Shown here piece after piece: positions 54,280-63,863 of a DNA stretch of 64,000 nt (positions are counted from its first letter, which is position 1; every line of letters begins with the position of its first letter). Origin of the DNA: a virus (Duplodnaviria; Caudoviricetes); the IMG/VR virus record IMGVR_UViG_2563367078_000003, positions 46,946 through 110,945 of that record. One strand, written 5' to 3'. Position numbers and translations under genes: made by a program. The notes below the pieces were generated by a model. The model saw only the letters and a list, made by a program, of their open reading frames with translations. It was not told the origin of the DNA and ran no database searches.

Positions 54280-54337
54280 GCGGGTGGTTTGTCGGGTACT
54301 CGGTGTTCCTTTCGAGTGCCCTATCCGATTACCACGC
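54280..54337 (+). repeat. intergenic hairpin family copy C
   Basis: GGGTACTCGG-N8-TCGAGTGCCC. Confidence 0.6.
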
Positions 54338-54364
54338 AGGCGATCAACACAGGAGGTAACGACA

Positions 54365-54514
54365 ATGAACCTTTCGGAATTTATCAACGCAGTCATGCCG
54401 ACGGTTGGCGAACGATGCCCCGTCTCCGGATGCCCCGACTATCAACATCATTACTGCCGAGACGATATAGCGCGTTGTTCGTCTCACTGCACATGCAAGG
54501 ATCGCGACCAATGA
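54365..54514 (+). CDS. small Cys/His-rich protein
   Basis: AGGAGGT RBS. Confidence 0.6.
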   Translation: MNLSEFINAVMPTVGERCPVSGCPDYQHHYCRDDIARCSSHCTCKDRDQ

Positions 54515-54669
54515 TCAACAACTACCTATGCGACGCGTGCGGCCGGTCGGGTGATTTCGACTGGCTGTGGGGTCATGTACATCACTGGTCTGAGACTCCG
54601 TTCGAATTCCGGGCGTATCACCAGGACGACAACTACAACCATCCGATCAAGGAAGTGATCACAATATGA
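54511..54669 (+). CDS. small C2H2-like protein
   Basis: ATGA overlap; CDACG..H..H. Confidence 0.5.
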   Translation: MINNYLCDACGRSGDFDWLWGHVHHWSETPFEFRAYHQDDNYNHPIKEVITI

Positions 54670-54851
54670 ATAGCGATTTGAGAAACATTTTGCTGTCCGC
54701 GCACGAGCAGGGGCTGGATATCTGGCCGATCATAAACGACGTCACCGACTCTTTCCGGCTGGCTATGCGCAACGCTGGCGTCGACTCGGAGGTGATCAAA
54801 TCGGTGATGACGACCGTAACCGACTATACAGCCAACCACTACGGAGACTAA
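54666..54851 (+). CDS. hypothetical protein
   Basis: ATGA overlap. Confidence 0.6.
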   Translation: MNSDLRNILLSAHEQGLDIWPIINDVTDSFRLAMRNAGVDSEVIKSVMTTVTDYTANHYGD

Positions 54852-54854
54852 ATA

Positions 54855-55121
54855 ATGAGTGGATATCAGTGCAGCCCGAGAGACATTCAGCTGATCGAAT
54901 CATTCGCAGGTTGGTTCAACGCCCTGGATGCCGACGACCGGCAGAGGTACAACGCGCCCGAAGATGCCGACCCGTTCGCCGATTGGGACAACGATACAGA
55001 CTGGGCGGCTGTCGACGACTACGACCAGCTGATCGAACTGCACAGCATGGGGTTCATCGAATACGACGAGCGTAAAGCGTACATCCATCCGTTCACGTAC
55101 AAGAAAGGAGATGAGAAGTGA
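54855..55121 (+). CDS. acidic hypothetical protein
   Basis: GGAG RBS. Confidence 0.65.
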   Translation: MSGYQCSPRDIQLIESFAGWFNALDADDRQRYNAPEDADPFADWDNDTDWAAVDDYDQLIELHSMGFIEYDERKAYIHPFTYKKGDEK

Positions 55122-55363
55122 GTATCGAATTCCCCGGCGACGACAAACGCTGCGACTGGTGCGACAAACTCGGCGTTCCGTATGAGTACAAAGGGCTGAC
55201 GTTCTCGGGTTTGTGCTCAACCGACGAAGGCAAACTCTGCCCCGGATGCCGCGACACGTATTGCGACAACCGAAACGACGAGCGGGCCGCAGACTACTAC
55301 GGACTCACGGTCGATAATCTGCGGAAGCACGGCCGACCGATAACACCGCGCCTGCCGCGATAG
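55118..55363 (+). CDS. Zn-finger-like hypothetical protein
   Basis: CDWC...CPGC; GTGA overlap. Confidence 0.65.
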   Translation: MSIEFPGDDKRCDWCDKLGVPYEYKGLTFSGLCSTDEGKLCPGCRDTYCDNRNDERAADYYGLTVDNLRKHGRPITPRLPR

Positions 55364-55386
55364 ATCCACCGAAAGGAAAACGGACA

Positions 55387-56073
55387 ATGACCATCAAATT
55401 TTCAGACTTCGACTACGACGCCCGCGACGGCGATTACGTGCTGGTAGTCGACAACGACACTCTGGCGAAACTGACCGATCGCGATGTCAATCAGGCGTCC
55501 GGACTGTTCGGCGGTGGCGAGATCGGGACGGTGAGAATCAGCCGCGACGGCGAAGCAAGTCTCGAAAACAACCTCAGCGATGTTGCCGGGGAGGGCGGGG
55601 CTGTAGGACCCACCGACCAGGCGGGGTACAGGTGGAGAATCCCGGTACGCGAGGACGACTCCGACCCGAAGGTTACGAAGATTCTCGAGGCCCGCAAGAG
55701 GCTGCAAGGCGACTACGAGGATACCGACAGTGAAGGTGACTACGGTTTCCGGATCCTTGCTCGATATGCGGCACTGCTGGGGCGTCGGTACGAAATCGAT
55801 CAGCTGCAATGCTACAACGACTTCGCGAGTGTGTGGACGATAACGCCCGCCTACCGCGAGAAGAACGCGACGATCCAGGAATACAAGGAGATCTTCGAAG
55901 GCAACGTTTTCAATATCGACGTAGAGCTGAAGTCTCCTATCGCAGGCAAGGAGTTCAGTGAATCGGTCGGCGGTTGCATCGGCAAAACGCAGGCGGTCGA
56001 GGTGGCACGCGAACTCGCTACCGATGCTGTGAGCGGGATTCAGAAGCAGGTACAGGAGGCGCGGAATGGCTGA
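55387..56073 (+). CDS. hypothetical protein
   Basis: GAAAGGA RBS. Confidence 0.7.
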   Translation: MTIKFSDFDYDARDGDYVLVVDNDTLAKLTDRDVNQASGLFGGGEIGTVRISRDGEASLENNLSDVAGEGGAVGPTDQAGYRWRIPVREDDSDPKVTKILEARKRLQGDYEDTDSEGDYGFRILARYAALLGRRYEIDQLQCYNDFASVWTITPAYREKNATIQEYKEIFEGNVFNIDVELKSPIAGKEFSESVGGCIGKTQAVEVARELATDAVSGIQKQVQEARNG

Positions 56074-56293
56074 GACTCGAGGGCGGCTCAACATCTGGTT
56101 TACCGACAAAGACCTACTGCAACGCGCAGAACGGCGAGCCAGGCTGGAAGGAAGGCCGCTGCCGGAAGTTATACGCGAATGGCTGGACACTGATTACGCA
56201 CGGCCGGACCTTACCGACGAGGAGATCGTCCAAGAGAATAGTGACCGATTGCAAAGAAGGATAGACGCCGAGAAGAACGGACTCGAGGATTAG
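56066..56293 (+). CDS. ribbon-helix-helix-like DNA-binding protein
   Basis: RLNIWF...LL.RAE.RA..EGR.L.EVIRE.L; GGAGG RBS. Confidence 0.65.
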   Translation: MAETRGRLNIWFTDKDLLQRAERRARLEGRPLPEVIREWLDTDYARPDLTDEEIVQENSDRLQRRIDAEKNGLED

Positions 56294-56296
56294 AAA

Positions 56297-56599
56297 ATGG
56301 AAGACGAACAGCAACTGCCACGAACCCCGGACGAGATCGCCGAAGCGGAGAAGGAGTACTTCGATCGAATCTGGTATCACCGGTCGTTGATGAGTGAGTA
56401 CAAACTCGAGAAAGCCGGTGATGCTGAACGTCTGGCATTTACTCGCGACCTCGCGGAACCACATCGTCGGTGCGTAGAAGAGAAATACGGCGTCGAAAAC
56501 CTTGGTCCGTACACCGACTTCGAACTCGGAATGCTGCACGGAAAGTTGTCAGCACTTCGATGGGCGTTGGGTATGGACTGGGATTTCCTCGACACCTAG
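56297..56599 (+). CDS. hypothetical protein
   Basis: DFE.GM..GKLSALRW.LG..WD.LDT C-terminus. Confidence 0.75.
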   Translation: MEDEQQLPRTPDEIAEAEKEYFDRIWYHRSLMSEYKLEKAGDAERLAFTRDLAEPHRRCVEEKYGVENLGPYTDFELGMLHGKLSALRWALGMDWDFLDT

Positions 56600-56611
56600 A
56601 AGGATTGGCAG

Positions 56612-58057
56612 ATGGCTGTAACCAAAGAGGGGATGGCATACCGGATCGCGGCCGGGTACAAGACATCGGGCGAGGCTGTGGAATTCGGCTCGGTCGTCAT
56701 CGACGGTCAGCCTTACCCTGCGTGCCGAGTTCGCGCCGACTTGGGGAGCCTGACTCAGCACGGCATAGTCCTCGGAGCGACCGGCGGCGGCAAAACCAAG
56801 ACGCTGCAACTGATAGCCGAGCAGTTGTCAGATGCCGGAGTGCCGGTCGTGATGACCGATGTCAAGGGTGACCTGCAAGGGCTTGCGCAGGAAGGGTTCT
56901 ACACCGACGAGATTGTCGACCGGGCTATCAGCTCCGGCTGTGATTCCTGGGACTCGACGAGCTTTCCGGTGGAGTTCGCGACGCTGGGATCGGAAGGGCA
57001 CGGCATACCTATCCGGGCGTCGGTGCGGTCGTTCGGGCCGCTGCTGCTGGCGAAGGTGTTGGAGATCAACGACACGCAGGAGAGTGTGCTGCGGTTGATT
57101 TTCGGCGAAGCCGTCCAGCAGGAGCTGCCGTTGGACACCCTTGAAGATCTGCGCGAGGCGGTAAGTGCGGTGTCGCGGCAGAACGATGACGACGACCTGG
57201 GGTTCATCTCGAAAGCGACGGCGAGCGTCATCATGCGGGCGATCCGCAACCTCGAGAACGACGGAGGCCGAACGTTTTTCGGGACGCCGGGGTTCGATCC
57301 CAGGGATTTGATGCGCGTTACCGACGACCCTCAGCCTCGCGGGTACATCACGCTGTTCGAGCTGGAGGATCGGCGGCCGGTGCTGTTCGCGATCTTCATG
57401 ATGTGGATGCTCGAAAAACTCACCGAGATCTTGCCCGAAGCCGGTGTCGTCGACAAGCCGAAGCTCGTGATGATCCTGGACGAGGCGCATCTGTTGTTCA
57501 ACGGCGCATCGAAAGCGTTTGTCGAACAGATGATCTCGACGGTGCGCCTGGTGCGATCGAAGGGGGTCGGCCTGATCCTGTGCTCGCAGACAGCGAAAAG
57601 CATCCCCGGCGAGGTCATGGAGCAGATGGGGTTCAGGGTTCAGCACGCACTGCGGGTACGCACACCGGAGGCGCACAGGGCGCTGGCTCATACCGTGCTG
57701 ACGTTCCCGGAGACCGACGTTTACGACCTGCGGAAGGAGATCCCTGCACTGAGGAAGGGCGAGGCGGTGGTGACGGCGCTGACTCCGGACGGCGGCGAGA
57801 CCCCTGTCGCTGAGACGAAGATCCGGCCGCCGAGGTCGCATATGGGCCCGATCGGCAACAACGCGGTACGCCGGATCGTCAAGGCGAGCGAGCTGTACGA
57901 CAAGTATCACGTCGAACCTGAGCCTGAGCCCGAGCCGTCGCATGAAACACCAGGAGAACCGATCCGGCTCTCGAATCACTTGCCTCCGTACAAATCTCTC
58001 AGCTTCGACGAGTTGCTGGCGATGTCAGATCCAAATCATCAACCAATAAAGGAGTAG
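56612..58057 (+). CDS. HerA-like ATPase, DUF853/YjgR family
   Basis: HG.V.GATGGGKTKTLQ..AEQLS.AGVPV..DVKGDL; LDEAH; VRLVRSKGVG; QHALR. Confidence 0.88.
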   Translation: MAVTKEGMAYRIAAGYKTSGEAVEFGSVVIDGQPYPACRVRADLGSLTQHGIVLGATGGGKTKTLQLIAEQLSDAGVPVVMTDVKGDLQGLAQEGFYTDEIVDRAISSGCDSWDSTSFPVEFATLGSEGHGIPIRASVRSFGPLLLAKVLEINDTQESVLRLIFGEAVQQELPLDTLEDLREAVSAVSRQNDDDDLGFISKATASVIMRAIRNLENDGGRTFFGTPGFDPRDLMRVTDDPQPRGYITLFELEDRRPVLFAIFMMWMLEKLTEILPEAGVVDKPKLVMILDEAHLLFNGASKAFVEQMISTVRLVRSKGVGLILCSQTAKSIPGEVMEQMGFRVQHALRVRTPEAHRALAHTVLTFPETDVYDLRKEIPALRKGEAVVTALTPDGGETPVAETKIRPPRSHMGPIGNNAVRRIVKASELYDKYHVEPEPEPEPSHETPGEPIRLSNHLPPYKSLSFDELLAMSDPNHQPIKE

Positions 58058-58062
58058 CAGTA

Positions 58063-58419
58063 ATGAGCACACCACAGCATGAAACGGTCACGGTCTACTA
58101 CGTCGGCGCGACAAAATACGAGGCACTGTACACCCGCGCGATTACAGACCGGGAGGAGGCAAAGCGTATCGCAGAGAAGGAGGGGCGCAAGCTTTTCATG
58201 GCTGAGGCTGCAGTGGATCTGGGCACCGTACGCGAGGTTCCCATGATTCAAACGCGCATTCACCGAGATCCCCTGCAAGGTAACCGATTTCAGGCTCAGT
58301 ACAGGAACTCGGACGATGAACCGTGGTTCGACATCGGCGACGTTAAGAACACCAAGCTGGGAGCCGAAGAGTCGCTGATGGAATTCAAAGAACGCTACAA
58401 GGGCCACAACCGCATCTAA
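58063..58419 (+). CDS. hypothetical protein
   Basis: AAGGAG RBS. Confidence 0.7.
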   Translation: MSTPQHETVTVYYVGATKYEALYTRAITDREEAKRIAEKEGRKLFMAEAAVDLGTVREVPMIQTRIHRDPLQGNRFQAQYRNSDDEPWFDIGDVKNTKLGAEESLMEFKERYKGHNRI

Positions 58420-58436
58420 ATGAAAGGGTACAAACA

Positions 58437-58931
58437 ATGGCCAAGACCACTCGTCAGATCCTCGAAGCGATGCGGGACGACACCCGGTTCACCCGCGCGC
58501 AGGTCGAGTCGGTTCAGGAGGAGGTTGCGCAGTGGTGCGAGAACGCCGAAACGATCGTCGACAACCTGCGTGACATCGCGGACATGGACACCGATCTGGA
58601 GGTGCACGACTCTCTAGTAAACATCAAAGTGTCAAACAAACATGCTGATCCGGCTGCGGGCTATTCGTATCCGTATGAGGGGGTCGCGGATGCGCTGCAG
58701 ATCCTCAGCGACGCCCAGGAACACGCCAGTGAGCTGAAGGAGGCTCTGGACGGGCTGACGGATGCGTGGAGCAGCATGGAGGATCCGGTCGAGGTCTGGT
58801 TGGACGAGGGTAGTGAGAAGGACGACCGTGTCGACGCTCGCGAGACGATGTGCAGCTGCGCCGGAGAGATCCTGGACAAGCTGTCGGACCTCGAGGCGCT
58901 GGGCGTGAATATCGAAGATGTGGAGGCGTGA
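58437..58931 (+). CDS. acidic helical hypothetical protein
   Basis: AAAGGG RBS. Confidence 0.7.
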   Translation: MAKTTRQILEAMRDDTRFTRAQVESVQEEVAQWCENAETIVDNLRDIADMDTDLEVHDSLVNIKVSNKHADPAAGYSYPYEGVADALQILSDAQEHASELKEALDGLTDAWSSMEDPVEVWLDEGSEKDDRVDARETMCSCAGEILDKLSDLEALGVNIEDVEA

Positions 58932-59401
58932 TGCCGGGCGACACCGAGCCTGCGATCATCTATGGCCGAAAAGAGATCGGCGCAATGTTCGACGCGAAGC
59001 CGAGCACGGTATCCAACTGGATTCATCGGTACGACGACACTCCTGCCGCGCAATTCAGGACCCCGGATGACAACCGGTACTGGGACCAGGGTGGCAAAAA
59101 CGAGTGGGCGGAATGGTACAAGAACAAATGGCCGCACGAACCTTCGCCCAGGGGGTCACGGCCGAGCCGCAAAGGTCCGAACGAAAAGTTACGTCGCGAC
59201 TGGCGCGTGGAGTTCGAAACCTCGGACACAAAACAAGGTGTCGCGACTCGTTCATTCGAAGATGAAGATTCGGCGCGGCAAGCTGCCCAACAAATCGTCA
59301 ATGGTGACGGCGGCATTGCGGCGGTGTTCTACGTCGATCCGGCGGGCGAGCGTCAACGTAAGGACTGGCAGCTCATCGCCGAATATCACAACGAAGCGTA
59401 A
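58931..59401 (+). CDS. HTH (excisionase/MerR-like) DNA-binding protein
   Basis: G..EIG.MF..KPSTVSNW..R...P.A.....YW. Confidence 0.7.
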   Translation: MPGDTEPAIIYGRKEIGAMFDAKPSTVSNWIHRYDDTPAAQFRTPDDNRYWDQGGKNEWAEWYKNKWPHEPSPRGSRPSRKGPNEKLRRDWRVEFETSDTKQGVATRSFEDEDSARQAAQQIVNGDGGIAAVFYVDPAGERQRKDWQLIAEYHNEA

Positions 59402-59410
59402 GGATTTGCA

Positions 59411-59587
59411 ATGATTACCAATGAGAAGATCGCAAAGGCCAAGGAACTCGCCTACGGGCTGAAGTACCTGATCAACGACATCGGCACCGGCAGCAACGAG
59501 GCGGACATCGCGTCTGATCTCAAGGAGGCGTTGCCGAGGTTGCAGGCCCTGGTGACGCTCGCCGAAGACATCGAGGCGGGGGTGTGA
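59411..59587 (+). CDS. small hypothetical protein
   Basis: AAGGA RBS; GTGA overlap with next. Confidence 0.6.
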   Translation: MITNEKIAKAKELAYGLKYLINDIGTGSNEADIASDLKEALPRLQALVTLAEDIEAGV

Positions 59588-60057
59588 CCATGACTCTGCC
59601 ACCTTTCACCAACAACGTTGTCGACCGGCTGAGGCACACGCTGGCGGCTTTTGAGGGCTCACCGGATGACCGGGAGGTGCTAACTGCTACGAACGACGGA
59701 CGGGGCAACTGGACCGGCTTGACGCTGGGGGACTTGCGGCGGCTATCGTCGGCCTTCCGGGATGAGGGCCAGGAACTTCCACTGCCGCCGAAAGAGGGCT
59801 ACGTGTTGCGGACTGTGACGGAAGCGGACGGCTCCCTGTTTTCCGAGCACTACTGTTCGTACGAATCGACGCTCGCGGCTGTTGTGCACGAGATGAGCCA
59901 GCCCGACGACGACACCGGCTATCAAACCGCGCAGATCGACGAAACCACCGGCCATGCCGAGGTCGTGTACACGTGCACGAAGGGTGAACACAAAGGCTGG
60001 AAATGGGTCTTCGCATTCACCACCGATTACCTCATCGAAGATAAGTCGGAGGACTGA
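59584..60057 (+). CDS. hypothetical protein
   Basis: ORF track; TGLTLGDLR motif. Confidence 0.65.
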   Translation: MTMTLPPFTNNVVDRLRHTLAAFEGSPDDREVLTATNDGRGNWTGLTLGDLRRLSSAFRDEGQELPLPPKEGYVLRTVTEADGSLFSEHYCSYESTLAAVVHEMSQPDDDTGYQTAQIDETTGHAEVVYTCTKGEHKGWKWVFAFTTDYLIEDKSED

Positions 60058-60058
60058 T

Positions 60059-60346
60059 ATGACTGACATCGACATGCCGCTGATCGCGTTTCTCACCGAG
60101 TCGGTGGACATGATGTCGCAGACGGAGGAAGTTCAAAAGGGAGTTGAAGAGGCGGTCGGCAGGGCATTCGCGAAACTGTCCCGCAAGGTGCTTACCGACG
60201 ACTACATCTTCCCTGGCGACGTCACCCCGCGGCAGGTGCTGGAGGCGGCATCGGACATCGTTACCGGCATCCACACCGGCACCGCTGAGCACAAAGAGTA
60301 TCTGCACACCGTCTATCTGGCACTCAAAGGCGCGCTGGAGGATTGA
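60059..60346 (+). CDS. hypothetical protein
   Basis: GGAGG RBS. Confidence 0.65.
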   Translation: MTDIDMPLIAFLTESVDMMSQTEEVQKGVEEAVGRAFAKLSRKVLTDDYIFPGDVTPRQVLEAASDIVTGIHTGTAEHKEYLHTVYLALKGALED

Positions 60347-60416
60347 CTATGAAATGGATCATCGAAATCGACCCGGGTGGGATGTACGATCACCTGATTC
60401 CGAAGTGGGGTCGGTG

Positions 60417-60590
60417 GTGACCGGCGAGATGGGCGTATGCCGTAATTGCGGAGAACCGATCCGTCGCGTCATCGACGAATACAACATCGACAACGCCGCA
60501 GTATGGGTGCACGTGCAGTCCGAACACTCACTCGTCGATTACTCTTATCGATACTGTGAACTTAGTGTCGCTGAACCGGAGCTGGGATGA
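60417..60590 (+). CDS. small Zn-binding protein
   Basis: CRNCGEPI...W.H...C...AEP. Confidence 0.55.
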   Translation: MTGEMGVCRNCGEPIRRVIDEYNIDNAAVWVHVQSEHSLVDYSYRYCELSVAEPELG

Positions 60591-60997
60591 TGAACGAGAC
60601 GACGGAGAGCAAGGCTGTAAAACGGCATATCGCCTTCGAGCATGCATATGTCGTAACGACCACGGACGGCACGGATCACATGGTGCTGGACCAGACGACC
60701 TACGAAATGTGCACCAATGAAGAGATCGAGGTGCGCACAGCTCAATATGAGGCAATGGGGTTCGACGACATAGAAGAATTCCTGGATGAATGGCTAGGAC
60801 GGCCGTTGATGCCCACCGCAGATGGTTTTGTGGTAACGGCGCACATCACCTCCGCTCGCTTCGAGGTCACTGCCCGTGATGCCGAAGGGGATGAAAGGGA
60901 TTCCTGCGAGCACAACGCCCAGATCGATGAGCTGATTCAGCTCGAACATAAGGTTCCGAACGAGCACTCATCGGACGGAGAGACGGAGACGGATTAA
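60587..60997 (+). CDS. acidic hypothetical protein
   Basis: ATGA overlap. Confidence 0.65.
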   Translation: MMNETTESKAVKRHIAFEHAYVVTTTDGTDHMVLDQTTYEMCTNEEIEVRTAQYEAMGFDDIEEFLDEWLGRPLMPTADGFVVTAHITSARFEVTARDAEGDERDSCEHNAQIDELIQLEHKVPNEHSSDGETETD

Positions 60998-61248
60998 TGA
61001 TAATTGATGACGAAACGATGGACGTCGAACTCGGAACCCTGATGAGACGCATCGACGGACCGGCGGCTGTCAACCAGGACAATATCCTGAGCTGGATTGT
61101 CGGCGACGGGATTAGAGGGCTGGAACAACGGCGAGACGGCAACTTTCAGTTCTGGGCGTGTTCTCAGCACTCGTCGGAGGATTGCGAATGCGAGGAACTG
61201 GACTCGGCGTACCTGCTGGAGATCTCTACCGCTGGGTGGACGGAATGA
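60997..61248 (+). CDS. acidic hypothetical protein
   Basis: TAATG overlap. Confidence 0.6.
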   Translation: MIIDDETMDVELGTLMRRIDGPAAVNQDNILSWIVGDGIRGLEQRRDGNFQFWACSQHSSEDCECEELDSAYLLEISTAGWTE

Positions 61249-61284
61249 CCGTGATCGCGATGCCCATGAAAGTGAGGGATTGAC

Positions 61285-61500
61285 ATGAAGTGCGCGGTGT
61301 GCCTGAAGCTGGACGAATCGGTCTACTGCATGAAGCTCTACACGTCGGACTTCGAGGTTCTGGACGCGGTGACGACCGCGGACGGTCACGCGGTCTGCGA
61401 CGATCATCTGTGGTGCTTCGAGGAGAAGGTTTCGGACATCGCGTCGAAGCTCAGCAGGATTGCCGGGGAGCGGTATCAGGCGCGGAAAAACAAGCTGTGA
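61285..61500 (+). CDS. small Zn-binding protein
   Basis: CAVC...G.AVC..H; GAGGG RBS. Confidence 0.6.
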   Translation: MKCAVCLKLDESVYCMKLYTSDFEVLDAVTTADGHAVCDDHLWCFEEKVSDIASKLSRIAGERYQARKNKL

Positions 61501-61588
61501 CGCCTGTTTCGTGCATCGCATCTAGCAGGTTGAACCGGCAACGCGCAAGGGGCTGAATGCCTTTATTTTAAAGGAAAGAATTATCCGG

Positions 61589-61646
61589 AACCGCAGGTCA
61601 CGCCTACCAAATAGGTGGTTGGTGAAATATATCGTGACCTGCGGTT
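61589..61646. repeat. 14-bp inverted repeat of TGACCTGCGG motif in AT-rich intergenic
   Basis: AACCGCAGGTCACG / CGTGACCTGCGGTT. Confidence 0.6.
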
Positions 61647-61800
61647 TCCCCATGAACCCAGAAGTTAAACGCATTCCGGACATAACGATTTAGTCTACTT
61701 TGTAGCACTCCGGGATCTGCGTCGATAATCGTTTTGCTTGCCTCAAGTAACCAACGGCGATTCCTGCGACGCGACGCAGCCTGACCTAACGAGACCGACT

Positions 61801-62112
61801 ATGACGACACCCCCTGGAGCGCTGCTGCTGACTACCAAGGGCACTATCCGACCCATCACCCCCGAGGAGGGACGAGCCATGAAAGCGCATATCCACGAGT
61901 GTCTGAAGACGGATCAGGTCGGCCCGACCAGCCTCGGCCCCGACCTGGCCGTATGGAAAGCCCTGGACGGCACCTCCGGGCATCTGATTCTGACTTCGTA
62001 CGTCGCACACGACATCACCGAGCCGACTGTTTTGTCCGGATTGGGATGGCTCACGCTGAAGAAACTGACCCTTCAACATCTGCGCGAAAGGTGCAAGGTG
62101 TGCGAGTCGTAG
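61801..62112 (+). CDS. hypothetical protein
   Basis: ORF track; start uncertain. Confidence 0.45.
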   Translation: MTTPPGALLLTTKGTIRPITPEEGRAMKAHIHECLKTDQVGPTSLGPDLAVWKALDGTSGHLILTSYVAHDITEPTVLSGLGWLTLKKLTLQHLRERCKVCES

Positions 62113-62183
62113 TTAGTGTGCGGACTCCGATCCGCTCCGGTCCACACCGTCAGATGATGGTCGACCGGAGCGGATTTTTTGTG

Positions 62184-62921
62184 TCAGCTGCGGGCGAGCG
62201 CGACGATGTCTCCGAATCTGAAAAGATACTCTCCGGAATGGTTCTTTCCTTCGCTTCTCAGCCTGCCTCGGCGTCGCCACGTCTGAATAGTGCCCGGCTT
62301 TAGTTGCCTGCCGGAGATCTCGCCTAATTGCGCTGCCTCGCGGGCTGTGACGAGCTGTTCGGCCCCCTGAGCTACATGTGCCGCCCGGGTCGCGCCGACG
62401 CCCCAGACCACGCCGCAGGCACACGCAACGGCCTTCTGGTCCGCCCGCGCCTGCACCGGCCGACCGCACGTGCACTCCCCCAGCCGCATCTTGGGCTGCC
62501 TCCGGCCGATCGCGTGCATCGACTTGCCTAGGATGCCGCGCAGATCGTCGAAATACAGGCCGCCGTCTTCGAACCTGCTGACCGTGATGTAGTGCCGCAG
62601 ATGCCAGTCGACGAGCTTGTGCGCTTTCACCACCGGGTCCAGTCCCTGCAGAACCAACGGATCGACTTCGGACACGCCGCCGTACCACGACGCGAGGGTC
62701 TTGATCAGATCATCGAAAACCTCGCTGGCGTGGACGTCGAACGGCAACACCGGATCACCCGAGCCTCGACCGACCGCCGGAGCGCCCTTCGATTGGCGGG
62801 TGACCTGGAGTTGCAGTTCGACGATCATCTCGCGGAGGTCGAGCAGGATCTTCCGCACCTTCCCGAGACATTCCCAGCACAACGGATCCTGCGTCTCGGC
62901 ACTGCACTTCTGGCACGTCAT
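62184..62921 (-). CDS. Zn-finger + C-terminal HTH protein (putative late transcription regulator)
   Basis: CxxC..LCxxC, G.C.CG..CACG, TI.TW.RRGRL....Y/F.FGD; GGAGGT RBS. Confidence 0.75.
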   Translation of the reverse strand: MTCQKCSAETQDPLCWECLGKVRKILLDLREMIVELQLQVTRQSKGAPAVGRGSGDPVLPFDVHASEVFDDLIKTLASWYGGVSEVDPLVLQGLDPVVKAHKLVDWHLRHYITVSRFEDGGLYFDDLRGILGKSMHAIGRRQPKMRLGECTCGRPVQARADQKAVACACGVVWGVGATRAAHVAQGAEQLVTAREAAQLGEISGRQLKPGTIQTWRRRGRLRSEGKNHSGEYLFRFGDIVALARS

Positions 62922-63256
62922 GCGTAGATCACCTCCGCACCGAACGCCCGCGCGAGATTGATCACCATTTTGTCGTCGTCACTTCTGTCGCCTTCGACGT
63001 ACATGACATCCGCCTGCATTCCTCGGACGCCGTGCATTGCGGGCATGAAATGAATCGACGGCCTTCCGCCAATGCGCCGGATGATCGCGGTGCCGTAAAG
63101 CTTCTTGTACAGGTAATCCCTTTCCCCGCCGGGCCACGACGTCAGATACGACTTAACCATGTCGAACGAGTCCCAGTAGTCGGGCAAGCAGCAGACGATC
63201 TTCTTTTCGTTGATAGCCAATTCATGCGCTATACCGAGCGCGGTCAGTTTATTCAT
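62918..63256 (-). CDS. hypothetical protein
   Basis: ATGA overlaps both sides. Confidence 0.6.
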   Translation of the reverse strand: MNKLTALGIAHELAINEKKIVCCLPDYWDSFDMVKSYLTSWPGGERDYLYKKLYGTAIIRRIGGRPSIHFMPAMHGVRGMQADVMYVEGDRSDDDKMVINLARAFGAEVIYA

Positions 63257-63642
63257 TCAGCGCAGCACCCATCGCAGCTATGCATTCCTCGCCATTCCTC
63301 GCCGATCTCTTGCCAGTAAGCGAATTGGCTGGGGTCCTTGTGGCCGACGCCGTGCTCGCATATGCGCTCAAACCCTTCGTACCGGCCGCGCCACACCACC
63401 GGCCAATCACGCATCGAATGGGACAGCGGGTTGTGCATGACACAGGCTCGGCCGTGACACAGCATCGGGTCGTGGACGTCCGTCAGGCCGAGGTCATTCG
63501 GGTCGGTTATCGGCTTCGGACGTCCTTCAAGCCATTCCTGGTATTGCTCCCACGTCCAGCCGAGATATTCATGCAGGTCCATCCCGAGTCCGGCTCCGTT
63601 GTGCCACTCGTCAACGCGGTCGTCGATCTCGTCGTCGGTCAT
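63253..63642 (-). CDS. Cys/His-rich hypothetical protein
   Basis: C.G..C..HNP..H.M..ER.C.HGVGH.DP..H.CDGCC; GGAGG RBS. Confidence 0.75.
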   Translation of the reverse strand: MTDDEIDDRVDEWHNGAGLGMDLHEYLGWTWEQYQEWLEGRPKPITDPNDLGLTDVHDPMLCHGRACVMHNPLSHSMRDWPVVWRGRYEGFERICEHGVGHKDPSQFAYWQEIGEEWRGMHSCDGCCAE

Positions 63643-63863
63643 CACGCCTCCGACGACAACAGCAGAGCCAGGACGGCGTCCTCCGGCGCGATGTCGTGAC
63701 ACATGACGTAGTCGTGGAATCGCTCGATGAACCACACCGGCTGGGCAAAACCGAGCAGATCTGTCCAATTACCTTCGGGATCGCCGTCGATGATGATCGG
63801 AACGTCGTCGTCGTAGTTCGCGAGGATCCGCTTCAGTTGTCCGGCGTTCATTCGCGCTCCCAT
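63642..63863 (-). CDS. hypothetical protein
   Basis: M.AGQL...L..YDDD.P.....D.EGN. Confidence 0.65.
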   Translation of the reverse strand: MGARMNAGQLKRILANYDDDVPIIIDGDPEGNWTDLLGFAQPVWFIERFHDYVMCHDIAPEDAVLALLLSSEA

